Source of the DNA: a virus
Direction: 5' to 3' (one strand)
IMG/VR virus record: IMGVR_UViG_3300026189_001009
Span: 1 to 64,000 of that record
Length of the DNA: 64,000 bases
Below, piece after piece: positions 1-8,891 of the stretch. The notes under the pieces were generated by a model, which did no database searches, was not told the origin of the DNA, and worked only from the letters and a program-made list of their open reading frames with translations. The first letter of the stretch is position 1. Each line of letters opens with the position of its first letter. The position numbers and the translations under genes are program-made.

Positions 1-1056
1 ATGAACAAAAAATTCAGTGATAAATGGAAAGAAGAACGCGAAGCTAAAAGAGCCGCAAAAGCTGAGAAGCAAGGAAAACCTGCACCAGAGCAAAAAGAAA
101 TGAAGCCTGGCGATAATTTACAAAACGCAATGAGCGGACAAGTTAGAATTAATTTAGAGAAGTTTAAAGGAAGACACTTGTTTATAGCCACTCCGGCATA
201 CGGAGGAATGGTTGGTGAATCATATCTTAAAGCAATGGTAAGAGTTGGAATTTTATTTAAAACTCATAACTTAAACTTTACATTGGCCACGATAGCAAAT
301 GAAAGTTTGATTACAAGAGGTAGAAACACACTGACAGCAATGTTTATGAGTAATCCAGAGTATACTGAGATGATGTTTATTGATGCCGATATACATTTTG
401 AAGCTGAATCAATTATTAAAATGTGGGATAAACTAATTGATGGCGGAGACGATGTTGAAGTTGTCGTTGGAGCATATCCTAAAAAATCAATTAACTGGTC
501 TGGTATTATTAATGCAGTAAAAGATTTAGGTGATAAAGCAACAGAACAAGAAGTATTAAAACATCAAGCATCATATGTTCTTAATGTTAGATCAGATGGT
601 CAAGGACGTATTCCTTTAAAGAATGGTTTACTACCTGTGTATGATGGCGGAACAGGATTTATGATGTTCAGCAGAAAAGTAATACAAAGGATGTTTGACA
701 AATGGCCAGAGTTACATTACAAAAATGATTTAAACACAGATCCAAAACATGATCCATATATGTATGCACTATTCGATACAATAATTGATCCTGCAACTAG
801 GAGATACCTATCGGAAGATTATACTTTCTGTAGAAGATACCAAGAGCTAGGCGGTACAATTTGGATGGATCCTTCGATTGATTTAGATCATCAAGGAGCA
901 TACGTATTCAAAGGCAACATTGCAAATCAGTTTCATTATGGCGGACAAGCATCTAAAGAAGAAGCTGACAAAGTACAACAAGATATTAACAAAGGTGCAT
1001 TACCACCAACACCAAACGAACAAGTGATTGAAAGTGAATCAGATAGATCAGAATAA
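1..1056 (+). CDS. glycosyltransferase-like protein (GT-A fold, phage IATP-YGG family)
   Basis: FIATPAYGG N-terminal motif, NESLITRGRN, DxD motif FIDADI, LSEDYTFC; start lies at the window edge. Confidence 0.7.
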   Translation: MNKKFSDKWKEEREAKRAAKAEKQGKPAPEQKEMKPGDNLQNAMSGQVRINLEKFKGRHLFIATPAYGGMVGESYLKAMVRVGILFKTHNLNFTLATIANESLITRGRNTLTAMFMSNPEYTEMMFIDADIHFEAESIIKMWDKLIDGGDDVEVVVGAYPKKSINWSGIINAVKDLGDKATEQEVLKHQASYVLNVRSDGQGRIPLKNGLLPVYDGGTGFMMFSRKVIQRMFDKWPELHYKNDLNTDPKHDPYMYALFDTIIDPATRRYLSEDYTFCRRYQELGGTIWMDPSIDLDHQGAYVFKGNIANQFHYGGQASKEEADKVQQDINKGALPPTPNEQVIESESDRSE

Positions 1057-1240
1057 AAATTGGCCAACTTGGTCAGTACCTACTGGTATGTTGCCAGATT
1101 ATTTTTTTAAACTTATATTTGTTTTCTGGTTTATTCCAGCATTATTCGGTATGATGTTTACACCACTTGGATTCTTTCTTAATTTTTTAATAGTTGATTA
1201 TATCATCTATATAGGATACAAGATGAAAGGAAAGTTGTAA
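1028..1240 (+). CDS. small membrane protein
   Basis: Two hydrophobic stretches; TAATG coupling to next gene. Confidence 0.55.
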   Translation: MKVNQIDQNKNWPTWSVPTGMLPDYFFKLIFVFWFIPALFGMMFTPLGFFLNFLIVDYIIYIGYKMKGKL

Positions 1241-1608
1241 TGAGTGATATCCTATTGCACAATGTTATGGAATCTTTATGCGAGTTTGCAGAAACAAAAA
1301 TTTTCAAACAATATCCAGACGATATTGTTAAGTCGTTAGAATATCTTAAAGATAATACTAAAGACCTGAAATACGAATACCAAGAACTATACGCAGTATA
1401 CAAATGGTATAAGATTGATAGACCACAAAGAACTATCAAAAAAGACATAGGACTGAGTATAATGTATTACGAGCAAGATAGCAAAATGCTGTCAAGAGCA
1501 GTAGTTATTAGAAAGTTCAGCAATAAACTTTTCAAAGGAGGAGATTATGAACCTATCGAGTTTAATCACGCGACACAAAAATCTGTCAAGAAAGGTAATG
1601 GATCTTGA
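1240..1608 (+). CDS. hypothetical protein
   Basis: 122-aa ORF in a coupled run of genes. Confidence 0.6.
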   Translation: MSDILLHNVMESLCEFAETKIFKQYPDDIVKSLEYLKDNTKDLKYEYQELYAVYKWYKIDRPQRTIKKDIGLSIMYYEQDSKMLSRAVVIRKFSNKLFKGGDYEPIEFNHATQKSVKKGNGS

Positions 1609-1714
1609 GAATCAAAGATCTTATAAAAGGACGTTTGAACACAAATCAAAATTAATTGACTTGAAAAAAGAAAAGTTAAAAATAAAAGAGCAAATAGATA
1701 ACTGGAATGAATAA
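1547..1714 (+). CDS. YdcH/DUF465-like small coiled-coil protein (55 aa)
   Basis: Manual translation MNLSSLITRHKNLSRKVMDLE...LKKEKLKIKEQI; GGAGGAG SD just upstream; stop overlaps next ATG. Confidence 0.6.
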   Translation: MNLSSLITRHKNLSRKVMDLENQRSYKRTFEHKSKLIDLKKEKLKIKEQIDNWNE

Positions 1715-2139
1715 TGTACGAATATAATTGTAAAATACTAAAAGTTGTTGACGGAGATACTGTTGATGTTGACATTGATTTAGGATTTGGAGTATGGATG
1801 CACAAAGAACGTGTAAGAATAATGGGTATTGATACGCCAGAGTCTAGAACCAGAGATACAGAAGAAAAACGATTTGGTTTGGCAAGTAAAGAATTTGTTA
1901 AAACTAAAATGCCAATTGGATCAATGCAAGTGTTAAAAACAGAAATTGATAAATCAGGCAAAGACAAAAAAGGTAAGTTTGGTAGAGTGCTAGGCGACTT
2001 CATTATTGACGACAAACGTTTAACGGACACAATGATAGCAGAAGGTTATGCAGTGGCATACTTTGGTGGTTCAAAAGAAGAGATTCAAATGAAGCACATG
2101 GCCAACAGAGAAAAGTTATTAAGAGAAGGCAAAGTATAA
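1714..2139 (+). CDS. thermonuclease (SNase-like)
   Basis: KVVDGDTVDV, RVRIMGIDTPE, GKFGRVLG motifs. Confidence 0.9.
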   Translation: MYEYNCKILKVVDGDTVDVDIDLGFGVWMHKERVRIMGIDTPESRTRDTEEKRFGLASKEFVKTKMPIGSMQVLKTEIDKSGKDKKGKFGRVLGDFIIDDKRLTDTMIAEGYAVAYFGGSKEEIQMKHMANREKLLREGKV

Positions 2140-2154
2140 CAAAGGCTTCCTTAG

Positions 2155-2406
2155 ATGTCCAGATTAGACTTACATGGATTCACTGTATACGATGCTTGGA
2201 AGAGATTCACAGTTTGGGTGCATGATGCACAAAAAGACAAAAGTATTAAATCAGTCACAGTAGTCACAGGACAAGGAAAAATACACAAAGAACTTCCTAG
2301 ATGGTGCGATAATATGGACTTCATCAGAGACATACAACCACACTTTCACAATGGTGCTTACGAGATTTACTTTTACAAGAATAGGAGAGAGCTTTGGAAA
2401 GAATAG
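2155..2406 (+). CDS. stand-alone Smr/MutS2-type domain protein
   Basis: LDLHG and VVTGQG motifs, NGAY C-terminal motif. Confidence 0.85.
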   Translation: MSRLDLHGFTVYDAWKRFTVWVHDAQKDKSIKSVTVVTGQGKIHKELPRWCDNMDFIRDIQPHFHNGAYEIYFYKNRRELWKE

Positions 2407-3221
2407 ATAAGTTAGTTTTAGTCACAGGTGGGTTTGATCCATTACATTCAGGACATATAGATTATTTCAAAAGTGCCAAGCAACTTGGTGACAAATTAAT
2501 TGTTGGGTTGAATAGCGATGAATGGCTTACTCGTAAAAAAGGTAGACCATTTATGCCATTTAAAGAAAGAGCCGCAATAATAAAAGAGCTGAGTATGGTA
2601 GATGATATTATTGCTTTTGATGATGCTGATGATACATCCTGTGGTGCCATATACAAAACAATGGCCACACGTACTTACAATACACTAATATTTGCTAATG
2701 GCGGCGACAGACAACAAGGCAATGTACCTGAAGAATCTATATATGGTGACAAAGCACAATTTGTTTATGGCGTCGGTGGCACAAATAAAAAGAACAGTAG
2801 CAGTTGGATATTAGAAGATTGGAAAGCACCTAAAACAAGAAGAGTATGGGGCTGGTACAGAGTGCTAGATGATAACATAGGATACAAAGTTAAAGAGCTT
2901 GTTATAGCACCAAATTCAAGCCTTAGTATGCAGAGACATTTTTATAGGGCAGAACACTGGTACGTTCTTAAAGGGCACTGTGCGTTGCGTACAGAAGGAG
3001 TAGCCGGTGTACAAAAAGTGAAGTTATCAAGCAATCAAACTTATTCAATTGATGCAGAAGTCTGGCATCAAGCTATCAATGAAACAAACAAAGACTGCCA
3101 TATTTTAGAAGTACAGTATGGAAGTAAATGTATAGAAGATGACATTGAAAGAAAGTATGGCGGAAGCTATACCACAGAAGAGATTGTTCAAGCCACAAAA
3201 AACCTTCTCGATAATAAATAA
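2394..3221 (+). CDS. cytidylyl/adenylyltransferase (RfaE domain II-like) fused to mannose-6-phosphate isomerase-type cupin
   Basis: TGGFDPLHSGH (HxGH), GLNSD, FANGGDR, KNSSS; C-terminal RVWGWY...SLSMQRHFYRAEHWYV cupin. Confidence 0.85.
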   Translation: MERIDKLVLVTGGFDPLHSGHIDYFKSAKQLGDKLIVGLNSDEWLTRKKGRPFMPFKERAAIIKELSMVDDIIAFDDADDTSCGAIYKTMATRTYNTLIFANGGDRQQGNVPEESIYGDKAQFVYGVGGTNKKNSSSWILEDWKAPKTRRVWGWYRVLDDNIGYKVKELVIAPNSSLSMQRHFYRAEHWYVLKGHCALRTEGVAGVQKVKLSSNQTYSIDAEVWHQAINETNKDCHILEVQYGSKCIEDDIERKYGGSYTTEEIVQATKNLLDNK

Positions 3222-3321
3222 GATTGTGTTAATATTGCACATCTAACATACAATTTTAGCAATACAAATGTCGGTAAATCTGTCATAAATTAGTAGTGAC
3301 AGAATACCATAGGAAAGAAAT

Positions 3322-3492
3322 ATGAAAGCAATAATAGAATTAATAAGAGCTCTGACTGATATAACCCCTGTATCACAAAGAGTCGAAATAGATAAAAGTG
3401 ATCCACTTTGGCAATTGGCAGTTACTGAATATAGTAAAGATGCCGTTTACGCCTATAACCAGATAAAACAAGGAAAGAACCCAAATGCTTAA
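3322..3492 (+). CDS. small hypothetical protein (56 aa)
   Basis: Manual translation MKAIIELIRALTD...; AGGA SD upstream. Confidence 0.55.
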   Translation: MKAIIELIRALTDITPVSQRVEIDKSDPLWQLAVTEYSKDAVYAYNQIKQGKNPNA

Positions 3493-3655
3493 GAAACTAA
3501 TAAAACTAATTTTTGGACCTCATATATCAGCTGAAGAAAAATACCTTTCACAATCAGCTGATCATCAAGACTTAGAGAGACGTCAGCGTGAACTTCAGAG
3601 AAAACAATTTTCTGGCGGTGACTTTAAAAATTTATACAATAAATTTTATATCTAA
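3485..3655 (+). CDS. DUF3563-like small protein (56 aa)
   Basis: EEKYLSQSADHQDLERRQRELQR matches my recollection of the DUF3563 pattern. Confidence 0.6.
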   Translation: MLKKLIKLIFGPHISAEEKYLSQSADHQDLERRQRELQRKQFSGGDFKNLYNKFYI

Positions 3656-3761
3656 ATTTCACTCAAAACCGGTGTTTTAAGGCCCGTATGGTAAATATCC
3701 TTTGTAAGCGGAAATAACATTCTCAATACAATTTTTACAACAATTTAACAAAGGTTTTACT

Positions 3762-3920
3762 ATGAAAGTCACGCATAATCCAGTGGCCAGAGCATTAGTC
3801 AGATTACGTATGTTTTACGCAGATATTCGTGGACACCATGGAAAGAAATGGGACTACGAACCAAGTAAACATTACATGGGAATCCGCCACTCAAAAAAGT
3901 TTGGAAAAAAAGAGCTTTAG
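3762..3920 (+). CDS. small basic hypothetical protein (52 aa)
   Basis: Manual translation MKVTHNPVARALVRLRMFYADIRGHHGKKWDYEPS...; AAAGG upstream. Confidence 0.55.
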   Translation: MKVTHNPVARALVRLRMFYADIRGHHGKKWDYEPSKHYMGIRHSKKFGKKEL

Positions 3921-3923
3921 TTA

Positions 3924-3952
3924 TTGACATCTTGTACAAGTTATCATATAAT
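3924..3952 (+). promoter_or_regulatory. sigma70-type promoter, leaderless to queD
   Basis: TTGACA-N17-TATAAT, ATG 6 nt downstream, no SD. Confidence 0.75.
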
Positions 3953-3958
3953 GAGTAC

Positions 3959-4423
3959 ATGAATGATATTACAAAACATAAATTTTACAGTACAAAAACA
4001 TACGGTCACAACATTGGGTTGAGTGCAGTCTTTAGACAACCAAATGCAGACCATTCACATTGTCATTTATTACACGGATATAGTTTAGCATTTAAATTCA
4101 CGTTTGGTTGTGAAGGTTTAGATAACAAAAACTGGGCAGTAGATTTTGGAGGACTTAAACCTTTGAAGAAATGGCTTGAAGATCAGTTTGATCACAAAAC
4201 TTGCATTGATATAAACGATCCACATAAACAAGATTTTTATGACTTACAAGATAAAGACTTATGTGAAATAAGAGAATTTGATGGCGTCGGTGCAGAGAAG
4301 TTTGCCCAACACGCCTTTGAATACGCAGATGGACTTATAAGAGAAGCAACAAACAATCGTTGTTATGTTGTAAGTGTCGAATGCATGGAGCATGGCGCCA
4401 ATAGTGCAATTTATTCCCGGTAA
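3959..4423 (+). CDS. queD: 6-carboxytetrahydropterin synthase (QueD/PTPS family)
   Basis: HSHCHLLHGY, WAVDFGGLK, FDH, EHGANSA; ATG start chosen at 3959. Confidence 0.9.
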   Translation: MNDITKHKFYSTKTYGHNIGLSAVFRQPNADHSHCHLLHGYSLAFKFTFGCEGLDNKNWAVDFGGLKPLKKWLEDQFDHKTCIDINDPHKQDFYDLQDKDLCEIREFDGVGAEKFAQHAFEYADGLIREATNNRCYVVSVECMEHGANSAIYSR

Positions 4424-4426
4424 ATA
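4421..4426 (+). promoter_or_regulatory. T4-late-type promoter core TAAATA
   Basis: TAAATA 5 nt before ATG 4432; the same motif recurs before several genes. Confidence 0.5.
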
Positions 4427-4431
4427 ATAGC

Positions 4432-6072
4432 ATGATGATGGCTATCTTAACATTGCTATCAGCATTATCAATTAGTGCTGTAGCAATTTATTACTCAATT
4501 GCTGGCTTGGCGGCAATTTTTGCCGGTGCGGCTATACCTATAATGATTATGGGATCTGTGTTAGAAGTTGGTAAACTTGTAACAGCATCATGGTTATATC
4601 AGAACTGGAAAAACGCACCTCGCTTTTTAAAATACTATCTATCAATAGCAGTACTAGTTTTAATGTTTATTACTTCGATGGGTATCTTTGGATTTTTATC
4701 TAAAGCACACGTTGAGCAAACAGCACCGTCTAGTTTAATAGAACAAAAAATAGAACAAATTGATGATAGATTGTTGCGTGAAAATGCTAAAGTTGAGAGA
4801 TTTACTGTTGAGTTAGAAAGACTAAACACAGGAACAAATGTAAGAGTTGACACTTTAGTAGACACAGAACAAGAAAAATTAAATTCAATATATGAAAGAA
4901 TTGATAAAGAAATTGCTGACATCACAGCAATTGCTAATACAAGTATAGAAACGCAAAAACAAAGAATTTTACAAGCCAAAGAACGTGCTGATAGAGATAT
5001 TAAACAAGTACAAGAAAGAATGAAAGGTGCTTTTGGTAAGTCTAAGTTTGATAAAGAAATTGACCAAATTAGAAAAAATGAAGTGGCAGTAGCCGCCGCG
5101 GCACAAAAAGAAATACTATCAATACAAGAAAAATTAAACATTGATATACAAGCAATCAAAGACAAATATCAACCTAGTATAGATGCTCTTACTACTAATA
5201 TATCTAATTTTACAAGTCAAGCTGAAGCTACAACAGGTGAGATAGATACTAAAATTAACGAGATTGAAAGCAAAATAGCATCTTCATATACTATTATTGA
5301 TAGTTTAAATGAAGAAAAATTTACATTAAAAGGCGAAATAAAAGCAATTGAAGTAGAAGTAGGACCAATAAAGTATATTGCAGAATTTATATATGGTAGT
5401 GACCCAACTGTTAATGTATTAGAAGATGCAGTAAGATGGGTGATCATTATTATTATATTTGTATTTGATCCATTAGCTGTATTACTTTTAATTGCGGCCA
5501 ACTATAGTATAACAAAAAGATTTGGTAAAAGTATTGAAGATTTAGCAGAACATAAGTTTGCTAAAGCAAATGACAACACAGGAGTTGAACCAGACGAGTA
5601 TTGGAAAGAAAGATATCAAGACATGAAAGATCAGCTTGATAGATTTAACAAATACAAAGAAACAGAAGATGAACAACCAGATTCTAATCCTATAGTAGAT
5701 GGTTTTGATCCTGCTGAAGTTGAAGGTTATGAAGAGTTTAATAAAAAATACGATGAATCTAGCCCTATAGATGATATTAAAGATTTTGAAAGTGGTAATT
5801 CACATATTAGAGATTTACAAAAACAAATAGATGTTTTCAAACAAAGAGAAATTGATGAAAAGAAAGCACTTGAAGATTATGCCAAAAAAGCTAGAGAAGA
5901 AGATAATGATTGGCAAGAAGAAGTAGTACATGATATGGAATTAGAAAAAGATTTAAAAGAAGTTGAAGAAAAAGTCAAAGAAGATCAGCCCATATTAGAC
6001 GATCCGACCAAAGTCGAAGATATTCAAGTAAATGATTTATCCGATGATGAAGTAAAAAAAAAGACCGAATAA
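4432..6072 (+). CDS. membrane-anchored coiled-coil protein; possibly extended by -1 frameshift to 6296
   Basis: Three N-terminal TM segments, long coiled coil, EVGPIKYIAE...IFVFDPLAVLLLIAAN TM, acidic tail ending VKKKTE. Confidence 0.8.
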   Translation: MMMAILTLLSALSISAVAIYYSIAGLAAIFAGAAIPIMIMGSVLEVGKLVTASWLYQNWKNAPRFLKYYLSIAVLVLMFITSMGIFGFLSKAHVEQTAPSSLIEQKIEQIDDRLLRENAKVERFTVELERLNTGTNVRVDTLVDTEQEKLNSIYERIDKEIADITAIANTSIETQKQRILQAKERADRDIKQVQERMKGAFGKSKFDKEIDQIRKNEVAVAAAAQKEILSIQEKLNIDIQAIKDKYQPSIDALTTNISNFTSQAEATTGEIDTKINEIESKIASSYTIIDSLNEEKFTLKGEIKAIEVEVGPIKYIAEFIYGSDPTVNVLEDAVRWVIIIIIFVFDPLAVLLLIAANYSITKRFGKSIEDLAEHKFAKANDNTGVEPDEYWKERYQDMKDQLDRFNKYKETEDEQPDSNPIVDGFDPAEVEGYEEFNKKYDESSPIDDIKDFESGNSHIRDLQKQIDVFKQREIDEKKALEDYAKKAREEDNDWQEEVVHDMELEKDLKEVEEKVKEDQPILDDPTKVEDIQVNDLSDDEVKKKTE

Positions 6073-6288
6073 GTCCTGAAAAAATTAGTGAAGGTATTGG
6101 TAAAGATAAAAGAAAACTTGACATCCAGGAAGATGTTAATATAAAATTAAGTGAAGTACAAAAGAGTATAAACATGGAAGGCATACACAAAGCAACTAAA
6201 ATAACTTTAGAACATGGTGTAAATTTTACAAATACACATCAAAAAAATAAAGATTGGTTCAAAAATTGGTTAACAAAAAATAACAAAG

Positions 6289-7515
6289 ATGGGTAATAAA
6301 ATAGACATGAAGTGTTCTTTCTGCGATAAGACCAGATCTGATGCTGATAAATTAATTGCTGGACCAAACGAAACATTTATTTGCGATGAGTGTGTCGATT
6401 TATGTCATAATATACTAAAACAAAATAAACTACCAGATTCAGATTCATCAAAAATTAGTATTCCAAATCCAAAAGAATTAAAATCTTACTTGGATGAACA
6501 TATTATTGGACAAGCATCAGCTAAGAAAACAATTAGTGTTGCTGTATATAATCATTATAAAAGAATATCAAACAATTTTAAAGAAGGCAATGACGAAATA
6601 GACAAGTCTAATGTGTTAATGTTAGGTCCGTCTGGTGTTGGTAAAACATTACTTGCTAAAAAAGTTGCAAAGTATGTAGATGTTCCTTTTGCTATTGCAG
6701 ACGCAACTACATTAACTGAAAGCGGATATGTAGGTGATGATGTAGAAAATGTTATTACAAGATTACTTTCCAATGCAGATTTTGACGTTGAACGTGCTGA
6801 ACGAGGCATTATCTATATAGATGAGATAGATAAAAAATCACGTAAATCAGAAAACACTTCCATTACCAGAGACGTTTCAGGAGAAGGTGTACAACAAGCA
6901 TTATTAAAAATAATTGAAGGAACAACTGTCAGAGTTCCTCCACAAGGTGGTAGAAAACACCCAGGTGCTGAAATGATTGAAGTTAATACTGATAACATTT
7001 TGTTTATATGTGGTGGAGCATTTGTTGGTATTGAAAAAATGATGAAGCAAAGAAGTAATTCTTCATACATGGGCTTTGGTAGAAATATTGATGAAATAAA
7101 AACTAACTTTGATGATGTTGAGCCAGATGATTTAATCAAGTTTGGACTGATACCAGAAATAGTTGGTAGACTTCCTGTGCTAGTAGGCTGTCATGAATTA
7201 TCTAAAGATGACTTAAAAAAGATAATGACAGAAACAAAGAACAGTATTATAGATCAAACTAAAAGATTATTTTTAATGGAAAATATTGAATTAGAAATAA
7301 CAGAAGATGTAATTGATTGGGTAGTTGACAATGCTTATAAAAAGAAACTAGGTGCAAGAGGTATAAAAACTATTTTAGAAAAGCAACTATTAGATATTCA
7401 GTATGAATTACCTGCATATAGGACACAAGGTGTAACAAAAATAACACTTAACAAGCAGTCATTAGAAACTAAAGAACCATTCTTAACATACGAGAAAGAG
7501 CAATCAACTAGTTAA
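6289..7515 (+). CDS. clpX: ATP-dependent Clp protease ATP-binding subunit ClpX
   Basis: CSFC...CDEC zinc domain, GPSGVGKT Walker [33 protein letters not shown] loop. Confidence 0.97.
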   Translation: MGNKIDMKCSFCDKTRSDADKLIAGPNETFICDECVDLCHNILKQNKLPDSDSSKISIPNPKELKSYLDEHIIGQASAKKTISVAVYNHYKRISNNFKEGNDEIDKSNVLMLGPSGVGKTLLAKKVAKYVDVPFAIADATTLTESGYVGDDVENVITRLLSNADFDVERAERGIIYIDEIDKKSRKSENTSITRDVSGEGVQQALLKIIEGTTVRVPPQGGRKHPGAEMIEVNTDNILFICGGAFVGIEKMMKQRSNSSYMGFGRNIDEIKTNFDDVEPDDLIKFGLIPEIVGRLPVLVGCHELSKDDLKKIMTETKNSIIDQTKRLFLMENIELEITEDVIDWVVDNAYKKKLGARGIKTILEKQLLDIQYELPAYRTQGVTKITLNKQSLETKEPFLTYEKEQSTS

Positions 7516-8057
7516 TGAAACAAAGACAAACGCCACAGGAAATTGCCAAAAAGAAAGCACTAGTCAATTATAATATAAAAGCAAAAGAAGTTAGATTAAT
7601 TACAGATAATGGATCAGATATATTGTCAACACAACAAGCAATTGCAATAGCTAAAAGAGAAGAACTAGATTTAGTTTGTATTAACAGTAAGCCTAATCCC
7701 CCAATTTGTAAAATAATGGATTTTGGTAAATTTTTATACGAGCAAAAAAAGAAACAAAAAGAAAATGATAAAAGACAAAAAGCTAACGCAATTGAAGTTA
7801 AAGAAATACAATTTAGACCATCTATTGGCATAGGTGATATAATGGTTAAAGTTAAGAAAATCCAAGAAACTATTGATGGAGGAGATAAAGTGAAATTGGT
7901 AATGAAAATGAGAGGAAGAGAAATTGGAATGAAAGAATTCTGCAATGGCAAGTTCGAAGAATTTGTTGGAAAAGTGGAAAATTTTTCATATGAAACACCA
8001 CCAAAATGGCAGGGAAATAAAGTTCTTGCTATTTTAAAGAAATCTGCTATACTATAG
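7515..8057 (+). CDS. infC: translation initiation factor IF-3
   Basis: IKAKEVRLI, LDLVCI...PPICKIMDFGKF, VKEIQFRP, GDKVK...RGRE. Confidence 0.95.
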   Translation: MKQRQTPQEIAKKKALVNYNIKAKEVRLITDNGSDILSTQQAIAIAKREELDLVCINSKPNPPICKIMDFGKFLYEQKKKQKENDKRQKANAIEVKEIQFRPSIGIGDIMVKVKKIQETIDGGDKVKLVMKMRGREIGMKEFCNGKFEEFVGKVENFSYETPPKWQGNKVLAILKKSAIL

Positions 8058-8062
8058 GTACT

Positions 8063-8443
8063 ATGATGGAAAAAAATACAAAACCAAGAACAAAATATAA
8101 TCCAAAAAACTTTGATACAAAGTCAGGTTTTTCAGATAAGAAAAAGTTTGTTAAAAGACCACAGCCAAAAGGAATGGCAGTGAATGTATACGATGACGAT
8201 GTAATGAAAGCATGGAGAATTCTAAAGCGGAAAGTTACAAATGAAAACCTTATGGGTGAATTGCGTGATAGAAGATATTTCATGAAGCCAAGTGAAAAAC
8301 GTCAAGAAAGACTTAAAACGCAAAAGATCAACGAAAAGAAACGTATGCAAAAAGTTTGTGACAGATACGGTATGACTTGGAAGGATTACGATCCTACAAA
8401 AAACAATACTAGAAGAAAAAAGAAGCCAACCGGTCGTAGATAA
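8063..8443 (+). CDS. rpsU: ribosomal protein bS21 with basic N- and C-terminal extensions
   Basis: VNVYDDDVMKAWRILKRK...ELRDRRYFMKPSEKRQ core. Confidence 0.85.
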   Translation: MMEKNTKPRTKYNPKNFDTKSGFSDKKKFVKRPQPKGMAVNVYDDDVMKAWRILKRKVTNENLMGELRDRRYFMKPSEKRQERLKTQKINEKKRMQKVCDRYGMTWKDYDPTKNNTRRKKKPTGRR

Positions 8444-8463
8444 TTTAAACAGAAGAGGGTACA

Positions 8464-8643
8464 ATGCTTAAATTAACTGGAAAAGAATTAGTAGAACAAT
8501 TAGCTCGCCAATCAGAAGAAAGTAGAGAAGAGTTTGCAAAAACTTTAGTACAGAAATGGCCTGATATGGCAAACAACATAGTAAATATGATTGGCTATGA
8601 AATTCAAGATCAAGATTATACAGTAAATGATTCGGGCGATTAG
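8464..8643 (+). CDS. small hypothetical protein (59 aa), 3' end overlapping tRNA-Val
   Basis: Manual translation MLKLTGKELVEQLARQ...DSGD*; GAGGG SD upstream. Confidence 0.55.
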   Translation: MLKLTGKELVEQLARQSEESREEFAKTLVQKWPDMANNIVNMIGYEIQDQDYTVNDSGD

Positions 8644-8709
8644 CTCAGTTGGTAGAGCATCTCGTTTACACCGAGGGGGTCATTGGTTCGAGTCCAGTAT
8701 CGCCCACCA
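8634..8709 (+). tRNA. tRNA-Val (TAC)
   Basis: GGGCGAT/ATCGCCC acceptor stem, TAC anticodon, GGTTCGA T-loop, encoded CCA. Confidence 0.95.
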
Positions 8710-8710
8710 C

Positions 8711-8786
8711 GGAGCATTAGTGTAGCGGTTAACACGTCGCCCTGTCACGGCGAAGACCACGGGTTCGATTCCCGTATGCTCCGCCA
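8711..8786 (+). tRNA. tRNA-Asp (GTC)
   Basis: GGAGCAT/ATGCTCC stem, TCGCC-CTGTCAC-GGCGA anticodon arm, CCA. Confidence 0.95.
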
Positions 8787-8794
8787 GAAAATAT

Positions 8795-8870
8795 GGGGCG
8801 TTAGCTCAGCTGGGAGAGTGCTTCGCTGGCAGTGAAGAGGTCATCGGTTCGATCCCGATACGCTCCACCA
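8795..8870 (+). tRNA. tRNA-Ala (GGC)
   Basis: G3:U70 pair, CTTCG-CTGGCAG-TGAAG arm, CCA. Confidence 0.95.
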
Positions 8871-8891
8871 TATATAGAGTAAATACGTATT

